This document shows, one piece after another, positions 1-8,643 of a stretch of 57,799 bases of DNA. A program made the position numbers and the translations under genes. This stretch comes from an uncultured virus (IMG/VR IMGVR_UViG_3300046170_000408) (Duplodnaviria; Heunggongvirae; Uroviricota; Caudoviricetes), in IMG/VR virus record IMGVR_UViG_3300046170_000408, one strand, 5' to 3'. Under the pieces are notes generated by a model. The model ran no database searches, had not been told where the DNA came from, and saw nothing but the letters and a program-made list of their open reading frames with translations. Numbering within the stretch: position 1 is the stretch's first letter; every line of letters starts with the position of its first letter.

Positions 1-1269
1 ATTCTCACAAACAATTACTGATTCATCTTTACGACGCTCAGTTATTTGCGATTCCTCTACCATTTCGACGAATGAATCGGGCGAGATATTAAACTGCCTC
101 ATGATGGATGGATATAGCGATGCAAAGTCAAATGCACTTACACCACCATAATATCCAACAATTGGTTGCTTAACAAAAGCACCCTCATACTTGCTATCCT
201 TCTTACTGTCTTCTCTATCATATTCTACACCGATACGTTTACCCTGTTCGGTTAGTTTACGAGCCATTAGAGATTCAGTCACAGCCACTGGTGAAGCGGC
301 TTTATATAGAGGCATTCTAGTTATTGTTGCTAAAGTAAGCAGTACTTCCATCGATCTAAGCTTTTGATCGATATAGTAAACTAGACAGGAGTCAACCACG
401 TTATAGAAAACATACTTTTGAAAGTCGTTTTCATAGAGGCCTTGCAAGCTACCACTATATTGTATTTTACTTATACCCTCTAGGACTGCTCCAGAAACAA
501 ATGCTAATGCATTAGATTCTTTTACTGCAACAGACCTATCATATTTATCGTACAATTGCATGTAGTCTAATATACCCATGTGAAGTGGGCGAGAGTCTTT
601 TTTATCAAGAGCGCCAGTACAAGCAACTTCTGTTAAATCAATTTGTAGGATTTTACATCTGTTGACAATATACTGCCAGTCATAATTGATAAAGTTCCAA
701 CCAGTCATCATAGGAAACTTAGGTAAAAACTTATGCAAGAAAGCGTAGACCATGTCATACTCATTCTTGAATTTGTAGTAACTAAATTCCCAGTCCTGGT
801 CATACCCAGTAAAGTGAGCATTCGTATCGTCTTCAATCTTTTTAATTTGATCGGCCGAAAGATCTTCTAGTCCGAGTACGATTGCTTTTCTTTCTGGAGT
901 AATAATAGAAAAGGTTAAGATTCTAGACTTAGCCTCTTCAGGTTTCGGGAAGCCATCAACAATCTCTGTCTCAATATCGACAAAGTATGTTCGTGGCATA
1001 TTAAACTCAAAGATTTCATCTTGATCTTTTTGTGGTAGACCGTCCATGAAATAAAGAAGTGAAAACTTATTAAAAGATCTAGAGATAGACTTCTTAACAT
1101 GGCGACCATCCCAGTTTCTAACTGTTGCGTCTTTCCATCTGTCGTTATCTTTAGCTACAACCCAGTTTTGAAACTTGTCAATGTTGTATCTTTTAAAGGC
1201 AACTTCACCTTGTTTATCGTAATATGATACGATTACTTCTTTCTCTCTTTGTTCAATATCTAATAACAT
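1..1269 (-). CDS. Family B DNA polymerase (T4 gp43-like), N-terminal 423 aa; runs off the left edge
   Basis: Manual translation from ATG at 1269 (MLLDIEQREKEVIVSYY...) is open to base 1. It contains ExoI 'FVDIET', ExoII 'GWNFINYDWQYI', ExoIII 'YNVVD', 'YEGAFV' and pol region II 'DFASLYPSIM'. Missing from the ORF track because there is no stop in the window. Confidence 0.96.
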   Translation of the reverse strand, partial: MLLDIEQREKEVIVSYYDKQGEVAFKRYNIDKFQNWVVAKDNDRWKDATVRNWDGRHVKKSISRSFNKFSLLYFMDGLPQKDQDEIFEFNMPRTYFVDIETEIVDGFPKPEEAKSRILTFSIITPERKAIVLGLEDLSADQIKKIEDDTNAHFTGYDQDWEFSYYKFKNEYDMVYAFLHKFLPKFPMMTGWNFINYDWQYIVNRCKILQIDLTEVACTGALDKKDSRPLHMGILDYMQLYDKYDRSVAVKESNALAFVSGAVLEGISKIQYSGSLQGLYENDFQKYVFYNVVDSCLVYYIDQKLRSMEVLLTLATITRMPLYKAASPVAVTESLMARKLTEQGKRIGVEYDREDSKKDSKYEGAFVKQPIVGYYGGVSAFDFASLYPSIMRQFNISPDSFVEMVEESQITERRKDESVIVCEN

Positions 1270-1733
1270 TAATATCCTCGGTTTTGACGGTCATGGTTTT
1301 CTGCGTTCTTCGCCATGTACAAGTTAACAATATCTTTAGAAGTCATACCAATAGAAATTGCAAAGTTCATATAAAAGTGCAATCCATCGATCCATTCATA
1401 AAAGAGTTCTAACTTATCTGCCTCTGTCAAATCCTCGATCTTCATGTTCTCTGCTTCTTTGTGTGTGCTTTTCCAATACTTCCAAGCACCAGAAGCGATA
1501 CCATCGTTGATACCTCCTAAGGCATCAAACATTTCATTTAGTTCATCACTCATTGCATGTTTGTTAACACACCAGAAGTCTGCAATTTGTTTTAAGTTCC
1601 AACCTGTAAAGTCAAAACCTAAACGCTTTTGTAGTTCTACCTGTTTATTGTAAATCAGGCCTAGTGTGTCTTCTGCTTCCGAGTGGAAATCTTGTACCTC
1701 GAGATCGGCACATTTGTTATCTGCGTTCGCCAT
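1269..1733 (-). CDS. Dimeric all-alpha dUTPase/dCTPase (dUTPase_2 / T4 gp56-like)
   Basis: Motifs 'DELNEMFD', 'WKYWK', 'EWIDGLHF', 'KNAENHDRQNRGY'; TAATG coupling to the polymerase start. Confidence 0.85.
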   Translation of the reverse strand: MANADNKCADLEVQDFHSEAEDTLGLIYNKQVELQKRLGFDFTGWNLKQIADFWCVNKHAMSDELNEMFDALGGINDGIASGAWKYWKSTHKEAENMKIEDLTEADKLELFYEWIDGLHFYMNFAISIGMTSKDIVNLYMAKNAENHDRQNRGY

Positions 1734-1750
1734 ATTTTGTTATTTGTATT

Positions 1751-1778
1751 TTATAGTTAAAATTACTTATCTGTTTCA
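1751..1778 (-). promoter_or_regulatory. Putative middle-type promoter TGAAAC-N16-CTATAA
   Basis: Same bipartite motif recurs upstream of other DNA-metabolism genes (5438, 20499). Confidence 0.6.
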
Positions 1779-2659
1779 AGTTCTTGTCCCCAATCTCTAT
1801 ACGATTTTGTTAACAACTTTGTATCAGCCTTCTCAGGCTTAGGATCTCCACCTACATTCCAGAACCAGGCGCCAGGACTTCCATGCTTTGTCATGAACTC
1901 CCAAGCCTTCGCATCGTAATTCATAGCCGATGGAAATGGTGGATTATATTGTGGGTCTACATCTTGTGTAAATGCCTTTGGATGTGACCAAATAGTTGCA
2001 ATACCTCTTTCACCCTTCTTAATATTTCTTGCTACTGCAACTCCATTAAACTTAGCATCAGGCCAAGCTATTTGTAAAGAGCGTTGTAGAACGCCAGTAG
2101 ATATTGCTGACCATACTTCTTCTGGATAACCATGTTTCTCTGCAAGATCGTGTGCGACCTTCACAGCGGCTGCTGTAACCAATTCATGGCGAAGTCCTAA
2201 AGGAATAAAAAATGCTCCATTATCTTCTGCCCATTTCTTAGCGTGAGCATTTAAGACTGGCATTGCTGCAATTCTCTTAAATTTCATTTCAGCTCCCATC
2301 TCAACACAAATTGCCTGATGATCTGAAATCTCTTTTTGACTTGGACTAAATAGTACAAGTTTCTTATTATACTTATTTGCTAAATATGCAAGCGAGATAC
2401 CTGCAAATCCATATCTAGGTTGAACATAGACTAGAGTATCTTGTTTACAAGTACTAACTAGAATATCTCCAAATCTACACTTAGAACCAAAACCCATTAG
2501 GTCTTCTCTGACTACTTTAAATCCATCGTGGTCTACTAATTGTGGAGCCTCAAATGGATCTTGCCAATCACCTGCTAAATCCAACCATGCCTGTTTGTTC
2601 GGCATCATCAGATTTAGATCCTGGTTCATAAGTAATTCTGTGTGGTTATTATGCGCCAT
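1763..2659 (-). CDS. PLP-dependent enzyme (fold type II), of the kind found in phage DNA-hypermodification clusters
   Basis: 'VVREDLMGFGSKCR' (PLP lysine region) and 'VWSAISTG' phosphate loop; adjacent to the aGPT-like gene. Confidence 0.75.
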   Translation of the reverse strand: MAHNNHTELLMNQDLNLMMPNKQAWLDLAGDWQDPFEAPQLVDHDGFKVVREDLMGFGSKCRFGDILVSTCKQDTLVYVQPRYGFAGISLAYLANKYNKKLVLFSPSQKEISDHQAICVEMGAEMKFKRIAAMPVLNAHAKKWAEDNGAFFIPLGLRHELVTAAAVKVAHDLAEKHGYPEEVWSAISTGVLQRSLQIAWPDAKFNGVAVARNIKKGERGIATIWSHPKAFTQDVDPQYNPPFPSAMNYDAKAWEFMTKHGSPGAWFWNVGGDPKPEKADTKLLTKSYRDWGQELETDK

Positions 2660-3866
2660 AAAATTCTGCTACTTTTTTCTTATATGCTTCTACTGTTATA
2701 CCAGCTTCTGCAATTATTTTATCATCGGAAGGATGATGTTTCATTCCGTTAAATGTTTCTATTAGCCCTAAGTCTAACATTGCTTTTTGTCTACCGAATG
2801 GATGGTCTTTAATTACTGAAGAATTCCAAACTCCGTCCATATCAATATGTGCATAGTCAGCTCCTGGTCTCATATAGTTTTCAATCCATCTAATAAAGTC
2901 ACATGCTACATCTTCTGCGTTATACGGAAGACTGCCTGTTTGTTCATATATTTTTGTCATCACTGCATCTAGGAAAGGTTCTGATTTCTTACCCTTGCCT
3001 TCTACAGGATCTGCTAGATAACCAATACATTCTATTGCATTCGTACCATAGTAGAACATTGAGTCCTTGTTAACATACTGTGGAAACCAATCTGCTACAT
3101 CTGCTAAAACTGCTGCATATTGGAATTTATATTGTCTTAATCCGTTTGCCACATTCCAATCAAACATCCATTGACCTAGCTCTCTTAGGTCTTTCTTACC
3201 ACCCTCTTCTAAGTACTTAGCCATGTCTCTAGCTAGGCGTGGTGCAAATTCACATAGGAAATAATCACCGCCTCTCTTGTAAGTAAACTGAGGGCCTTCG
3301 AAGTTTGCCATGCCAACAAATGAATCTTCATTTACTTCTGGCTGTGGGGGTTTTGGGAATGCTGGGAATTGATACCCAACAGAAGTGTAAAATGACTTGG
3401 TTGCTGCTTTAACTTGCTCACACATTTGCTCTATTGTATCGGATTGCCACAGATCAAATAGAAGCGTATTGTGGTAGCCGCTAGGTTTAGTTGCATAGTT
3501 AATTGCAGAACCACATACTCTATGTAATATGAATATGTAAAGCCATTCTGGTAGGCCAAAGACTTCTTGTTTACCAGTCCAATTAGTAGCAACATCTTTA
3601 CGCTGTTCAGTATAAAGACCTGCCTGCATTCTTGACCAATATGGGTGTTCTTCAGTCCAACCGTAAAATACATCATTTACAATTTGACTAAATCCTGCAA
3701 ACTTTCTTTCTACAACATCATATAGCTCTATTTGCTCCATAAGAGGGTCTTGCATCTTAGACTCAGCATGTGGAATATGACCTAAGTTGGATTTCTTCTG
3801 CTGGTCTAGTGCTAACTCATAGTAGCGAATAAACTCGTCGTAATATTTTGTGGTTTTAATTTTCAT
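2649..3866 (-). CDS. Putative amino acid:DNA transferase (aGPT-Pplase-like, HhH glycosylase fold)
   Basis: C-terminal 'NAEDVACDFIRW' resembles the ExxxCExxK motif of aGPT-Pplases; 'FQYAAVLADVAD' and 'YYGTNAIECI' HhH-like segments; genomic context. Confidence 0.55.
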   Translation of the reverse strand: MKIKTTKYYDEFIRYYELALDQQKKSNLGHIPHAESKMQDPLMEQIELYDVVERKFAGFSQIVNDVFYGWTEEHPYWSRMQAGLYTEQRKDVATNWTGKQEVFGLPEWLYIFILHRVCGSAINYATKPSGYHNTLLFDLWQSDTIEQMCEQVKAATKSFYTSVGYQFPAFPKPPQPEVNEDSFVGMANFEGPQFTYKRGGDYFLCEFAPRLARDMAKYLEEGGKKDLRELGQWMFDWNVANGLRQYKFQYAAVLADVADWFPQYVNKDSMFYYGTNAIECIGYLADPVEGKGKKSEPFLDAVMTKIYEQTGSLPYNAEDVACDFIRWIENYMRPGADYAHIDMDGVWNSSVIKDHPFGRQKAMLDLGLIETFNGMKHHPSDDKIIAEAGITVEAYKKKVAEFYGA

Positions 3867-4017
3867 CTACAACTTCCCATGAAAAGGCAGCTCTATTTCT
3901 TTGGTACTGCTCTATCGACCACTCTAGTCGATCGGTTTCTAATTCAATGGTATATGGAGCATCTCCTCTCCCTCCGGTTTTTGTTAATGGTGTTATTAAT
4001 ATTTTATATCTTTTCAT
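3856..4017 (-). CDS. Small hypothetical protein (53 aa, MKRYKILITPLTK...SWEVVDEN)
   Basis: Fills the gap exactly; TAATG coupling upstream and overlap with the next start; below the ORF-track length cutoff. Confidence 0.75.
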   Translation of the reverse strand: MKRYKILITPLTKTGGRGDAPYTIELETDRLEWSIEQYQRNRAAFSWEVVDEN

Positions 4018-5093
4018 TAAAATAATGCTTGTGTTACTTTTATTAATTTTTTGTTAGGTTCATCATTGACTAAATCCCAACGATAGTACTCTCTAGCAAT
4101 GTGAACTGATTTTGGTTTTTCCATTACATCAAATGTTAATTCACCAAATGAATTATAGAATACTTCTGGATGTTTCCAAGTTTTCCACTCATTTCTAGTA
4201 CACATTTCTCTTATCAATCTATTGAACTCTTTTACAAGTTCAGTTCTTTCAGCCCAACTACCCATAAAAGGAGTATCTTTATAGTAACCAGTCTTTGGTA
4301 GTGGTCTAGACTCATTCTCAATTGGAAGAGCCTGAATAACTTCAATATCATCAATTTCTAAATCGATTAATTGTTGTTCATAATTAGATACCATTTCTTT
4401 TAGAGATTTAGCAGGATTATCCTGTCTCATAAGATGGTGTCTTATATCTATATTCCCTAGATAGATACGCAGTGACTTGATGCTTTCAGGTACATAAGAG
4501 CGAATACCTCTTCGTAGAGTACCGAATAGAGTTAGACCATCATGTCTATCAGTCATGTAACCTGGAGTATATTGACTGAAACTGTGTGAGTCTCCAAAAC
4601 AGAGTTTATCTGTATTTTGGATTTTATCTACTCTGGGAATACTAGCGCAGATTACCTTAGCGTCTTCTATTTGCACCTCAAGGGTTTTAAAAAGATCTGA
4701 ACCTGTCTTTAAACGTTTCTCAATTAGAGTGCCTACACAAGGCATATCGTGGTGGAGCGAATACATACGTATACCGGGAGCGAACATTCTAATGATTTGA
4801 TGGTATAAGTCATCGTTCGCCCCACCGAAGATATTAAAATTGCCTTTAAATTCCATTCCATGTTCAATAAGAATCACGTCGAAATCGTCTGCCTTCCAAG
4901 CTGAGTTATCTGTAATTACAGAAACACTGGAGTAACCAGCATGTTTTAATTGATTTGCTAGATGGAATGCCCATCCAGATTTATGTGAAGTTAGTTTGCT
5001 ACTAAGTTTTCCAACTAGTGCAGAAATACCGACACGTATATTAGTGTCTTTCTCTAGGTCTGTGAAATAGACTAGGTTATTGTTTGTCTCCAT
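4017..5093 (-). CDS. Hypothetical protein with C-terminal SGNH/GDSL-like domain
   Basis: 'CFGDSHS' (block I), 'YLGNIDIRHH' (block III), 'KPKSVHI' (block V-like His). Confidence 0.6.
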   Translation of the reverse strand: METNNNLVYFTDLEKDTNIRVGISALVGKLSSKLTSHKSGWAFHLANQLKHAGYSSVSVITDNSAWKADDFDVILIEHGMEFKGNFNIFGGANDDLYHQIIRMFAPGIRMYSLHHDMPCVGTLIEKRLKTGSDLFKTLEVQIEDAKVICASIPRVDKIQNTDKLCFGDSHSFSQYTPGYMTDRHDGLTLFGTLRRGIRSYVPESIKSLRIYLGNIDIRHHLMRQDNPAKSLKEMVSNYEQQLIDLEIDDIEVIQALPIENESRPLPKTGYYKDTPFMGSWAERTELVKEFNRLIREMCTRNEWKTWKHPEVFYNSFGELTFDVMEKPKSVHIAREYYRWDLVNDEPNKKLIKVTQALF

Positions 5094-5412
5094 ATCCAGC
5101 GTCTGCGTCAGTTAAATTAATTGGCTTTTCAGTTTCACCATAGCCATACTTCTTAATATAATTGTCAAGGCCGCCGATATATGCGACAGCATCTAGAAGA
5201 TTGTCTTCTTTATAGTTGTAAGAATGTCTGCTTAATTTAAGTGCGACAAGCGCTGCATACATATCGGAACCTGACCATTCTTTACCGGTCATTCCTGAAC
5301 AGATCATCGCGGCACGTCTCATGCCTTCTTCGAAAGGACCGTACATACGTTCTTTCTCTTCGGATCTGTTGTTAATAATTTCGTCTGCTGTTTTTAGAAT
5401 GTTCTTGCTCAT
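5077..5412 (-). CDS. DUF6378-like small all-alpha (nucleotide pyrophosphatase-like) protein
   Basis: Pattern 'ILKTADEIIN..R...YG' and 'LKLSR......DNLLDAVAY'. Confidence 0.65.
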   Translation of the reverse strand: MSKNILKTADEIINNRSEEKERMYGPFEEGMRRAAMICSGMTGKEWSGSDMYAALVALKLSRHSYNYKEDNLLDAVAYIGGLDNYIKKYGYGETEKPINLTDADAGYGDKQ

Positions 5413-5437
5413 AAAATAACTAATTAAATCTTAATTA

Positions 5438-5465
5438 TTATAGAGAAGAATGCTAGTTTGTTTCA
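5438..5465 (-). promoter_or_regulatory. Putative middle-type promoter TGAAAC-N16-CTATAA
   Basis: Exact motif in the intergenic gap heading the modification/polymerase operon. Confidence 0.6.
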
Positions 5466-6143
5466 CTAAAGTTCGTAGATAACTGGGACTCCATTTTCAA
5501 TACAAAGATACTCATGCGGGAGTGAGTCAACAAAATAGTGATTATCATCATAGTCGATCACTTTCATATTAGTATGCCCAACGACTTGTATAATAGTATC
5601 GTTAAGAGGATTACGTCTTAGGGCTTGAGGTCTAATCCACATTGGACCTTCACCATCATAATTACCATACATTTCCATACCACTATGATTAAACGATCTC
5701 TTATCATAAGACCATAGATCATTAATTTGTTCTGGGATATTACCACCTTCTGGGAAATTGGCCTCATACCATTCTTTCGAAACGCCGGCATGCGTAAATA
5801 AAAACTTATCTACCTGATATGCTACTTGTAAATGTTCTTTAGTTTCTTTTAAGAGTTCACCAATTTCCGGTGCGTGCCATACATTATATCCACCATATCT
5901 TCCACCACAATCTGACATATAGTGAAAGTCATGATTACCGATCAGCATAGTTACCTTAACATCAGTAGATTCCTTCCATGCAATAATCTCTTTGTAATTA
6001 TAGATTTGTTCTACATGTGAAACTGAGAATGAATCAAAATAGTCTCCAATGAATACAAACTCAGTAGCATCAGGATTCAGCTCGATAATCTTCTTCCAAC
6101 TCACGTGTCCGTGAATGTCTCCTATTACTACTATTTTACTCAT
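5466..6143 (-). CDS. Calcineurin-like metallophosphoesterase
   Basis: GDIHG, GDYFD, GNHD, HAG and GHT motifs. Confidence 0.92.
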   Translation of the reverse strand: MSKIVVIGDIHGHVSWKKIIELNPDATEFVFIGDYFDSFSVSHVEQIYNYKEIIAWKESTDVKVTMLIGNHDFHYMSDCGGRYGGYNVWHAPEIGELLKETKEHLQVAYQVDKFLFTHAGVSKEWYEANFPEGGNIPEQINDLWSYDKRSFNHSGMEMYGNYDGEGPMWIRPQALRRNPLNDTIIQVVGHTNMKVIDYDDNHYFVDSLPHEYLCIENGVPVIYEL

Positions 6144-6298
6144 CGTCTTTATTTTTATGTTTCTTCTTTCTTGAGTACTTAGTTTTATCTGATACTGTTT
6201 GTTGTGTCATCTTCTTAGAAATATGATGCGCAGCCCTCACCCGGAGACCATCCTCCGTTGAAGTCTAATTTGTCATCATGTTTCTTTTTCTTGTTCAT
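6136..6298 (-). CDS. Small basic protein with ArfA-like 'KYSRKKKHK' motif (53 aa after removing one base near 6235)
   Basis: MNKKKKHDDKLDFNGGWSPGE joins AAHHISKKMTQQTVSDKTKYSRKKKHKNKDDE in the +1 frame; its stop overlaps the next start; lies directly behind the 58-bp promoter cassette. Confidence 0.6.
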
Positions 6299-6299
6299 C

Positions 6300-6357
6300 A
6301 CAGTACTAATATAATAAAAAAGCCTGACATAAAAAAATATCAGGCTAATTATTTTGT
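6300..6357 (-). promoter_or_regulatory. 58-bp early-promoter cassette, copy 3 (diverged)
   Basis: ACAAAATAATT-N9-TTTTTTTATGTCA-N11-TATATTAGTACTGT, same spacing as the copies at 20802 and 52909. Confidence 0.7.
6316..6346 (-). terminator. Possible intrinsic terminator overlapping the promoter cassette
   Basis: AGCCTGA-N12-TCAGGCT followed by a T-tract on the minus strand, just downstream of the 6371 stop. Confidence 0.5.
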
Positions 6358-6370
6358 AAAAAGTTTGTCC

Positions 6371-8090
6371 TTATAGTGGCCAAATCATGGATGTGCCTGC
6401 ATCATGCCATTCACTATACCACCCTTTTTTATTAAGTTCCTTTTCCCACTTGTTATCTACACCAAACGTTCTGTTCTTGTAGTCTTCAGAGTAGTAGTCA
6501 TAAATTACTCTACCCTTATACTCGTCCATATTTTCACCTGAAACCCAGATACCACCTTGAGAACCGTTAAACTCTTCAGTAGTTCTTACAAAGTCCATAT
6601 ACTTTTCGATCCACTTAATCATAACATCTCTATCCAGTTTCTTTTCGGTAACCAATGATTCTGCAAATGCTTCAATATCCCATTGAATTCTTTGCATTAC
6701 ATCTTCACCTCTAAATTCTTTCTTAGCCCATTGTAATAGACCTGGTTCATGTTTAGCATTTTGTGCCATATCGAATGCATTCTTCCAACCATCATTAGAA
6801 GCTACATCTTCAATCCATTGATCGTATTTCTTTCTATTCCATTTTACTTTCTTAACCGCTTTCTTGTGTGGTCCGTCTCCTAATGTAGAAGTGGCAGCGT
6901 CATAAGAACCTGGGAAGAAAAACTCCTAAGTCTTTACCGTCACCATATTTAATCTCTTTTCTAAATCTTCTTAAAGAATATTCACCACCTTCAATTTGCT
7001 TTCTTCTTGAAACTTCTCCCTGAGATGTACCGATTGCAATCTTCATATCTTCAGCTTTCTTTGGATCAGTTTCAAAATGTAAATCTCTTACTGCGTTTTC
7101 AAGTAAGGCCTCTTCATAAATTTTGGAGTCCGTCGCTTCTGACATCATTTCCTCTTGAGCGAACTTATTATACTCTTTTGACCACTTCTTCCATTCAGCA
7201 TCAGTAGCATAGTCTTCTAATACATCGACTACATCTTTATTACCTTTTTGTTCGATAACTTGATCTGCAATCCATCTACCTGCTTTTGCGTTTAAGTAGT
7301 AAAGTGCTCCGGCATCAGAGAATTTGTAAGCTTCAGTTAACCATGCCATTGCAGAATGCCAACAGTCTTCAATATCTTTACGTCTAAAACCAGCAGTATC
7401 TAATGTACCCCAAAAACCATAGGATTCATTAACATCATCAATTGAATATTGATTTTTCTTACCAAACTTAAATGCCTCGCTAACCAATGATTCACCTACA
7501 AATGAATTAAACTGTGTATATAGATTAAAGTTTTCCATCTCTAATTTCTTTTTTGTTTTATCTTTCTTAGCCTCTTCCTCGTCATCATCAATATCTGCAA
7601 CTGAAGGAACGTCACCAGAACCTACACCACCATCAGAAGGTAGAACCACAGGACCCATACCTCCAATGTTTGCGCTAGGAGTAATGTTCTGTGCTGCATG
7701 CGCAAAATCTTCATCTACTGCAACACCTCGCTTTTTTAAGATCTTTTCAATTTCTTGGTAAGCTTTCTTGTATTCCGATTTAGAGTAGTGCATTCCTTTA
7801 GCATAGTTAGCATAACCATCTAATGCTCCATTATACATTCCTAGTAATTCTTCATCTGACATACTGTCATTAAATACAAACGGTCCAATAAATGCTTCGT
7901 CTACCGTCTCTGGTAAATTATCATGTTTTGTTGAAGCGTATTTCTTTAAGTCTTTCTTTGTCATTCCGTCTGATAATGATTTTACTTTGTCTCTGTAAGC
8001 TGGGTCGATGTCTGAGATTTTCATATCGCCGGATTTAACAGCGTATGCCATTCCCATTAATCTTTGTTGTGACTTACTTACAGATGGCAT
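6371..8090 (-). CDS. Probable capsid-internal multidomain protein with N-terminal DUF3008-like domain (572 aa after removing one base near 6913)
   Basis: 'MPSVSKSQQRLMGMA...YASTKHDNLPE'; multiple (L/V)xE sites; ORFs 6900..8090 and 6371..6769 join in the +1 frame (...GVFLP|GSYDAATST...FDMAQNAKHE). Confidence 0.7.
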
Positions 8091-8091
8091 A

Positions 8092-8631
8092 TTATTTTCC
8101 GTCTATTTGGATATATTCGCTATCTCTAATTTCTAGATTGTTGTTACCAACCGACTCGTCATATTTACCGTAAATAACTTCCTTTTCGTATGATAACGGG
8201 GAATTCATCATTCCGGTCTTATCGATTTTTCTAGCGAATTTTTTACCGTTAACATCATCCATAAAGCCTACATTAATTACTACCTCGTATGAAAGATATA
8301 ATGTATCTGAATCTTCACGATTTAAACCATTAACCTCATCTATGGCGAATCCATTAAAAAGATTAGCAGTAACAAATAAGATACCATCCATGCCGCCTGC
8401 TCCTTTTTCTACTTGATCTAAAATAATCTTTTTGGCTTTGTCTTCAAACTTTGCCCATTCTTTATTAACTTCTTCTTGAGTTACTACATTAATACCTTCG
8501 TACTTTATCGTTTTAATCTCTTGTCTAAACGCTTGCATTACTTTACCTACAAGACCTTTGGCCGAGTAGATACCTGTCATTCTATATGACTTTTCGTTTA
8601 AAAATTGTTCGAATGTTGGGATTGTTTTCAT
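8092..8631 (-). CDS. Probable capsid-internal protein
   Basis: N-terminus MKTIPTFEQFLNE resembles the T4 IP capsid-targeting sequence MKTYQEFIAE. Confidence 0.65.
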   Translation of the reverse strand: MKTIPTFEQFLNEKSYRMTGIYSAKGLVGKVMQAFRQEIKTIKYEGINVVTQEEVNKEWAKFEDKAKKIILDQVEKGAGGMDGILFVTANLFNGFAIDEVNGLNREDSDTLYLSYEVVINVGFMDDVNGKKFARKIDKTGMMNSPLSYEKEVIYGKYDESVGNNNLEIRDSEYIQIDGK

Positions 8632-8643
8632 ATCTCTATTATA

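Noticed and set aside
915..1109. Short same-strand alternative-frame ORFs (915, 3431, 9321, 16505, 38792, 51614)
   Set aside because: Nested out of frame within longer genes that have clear motifs, e.g. 915..1109 lies inside the DNA polymerase.
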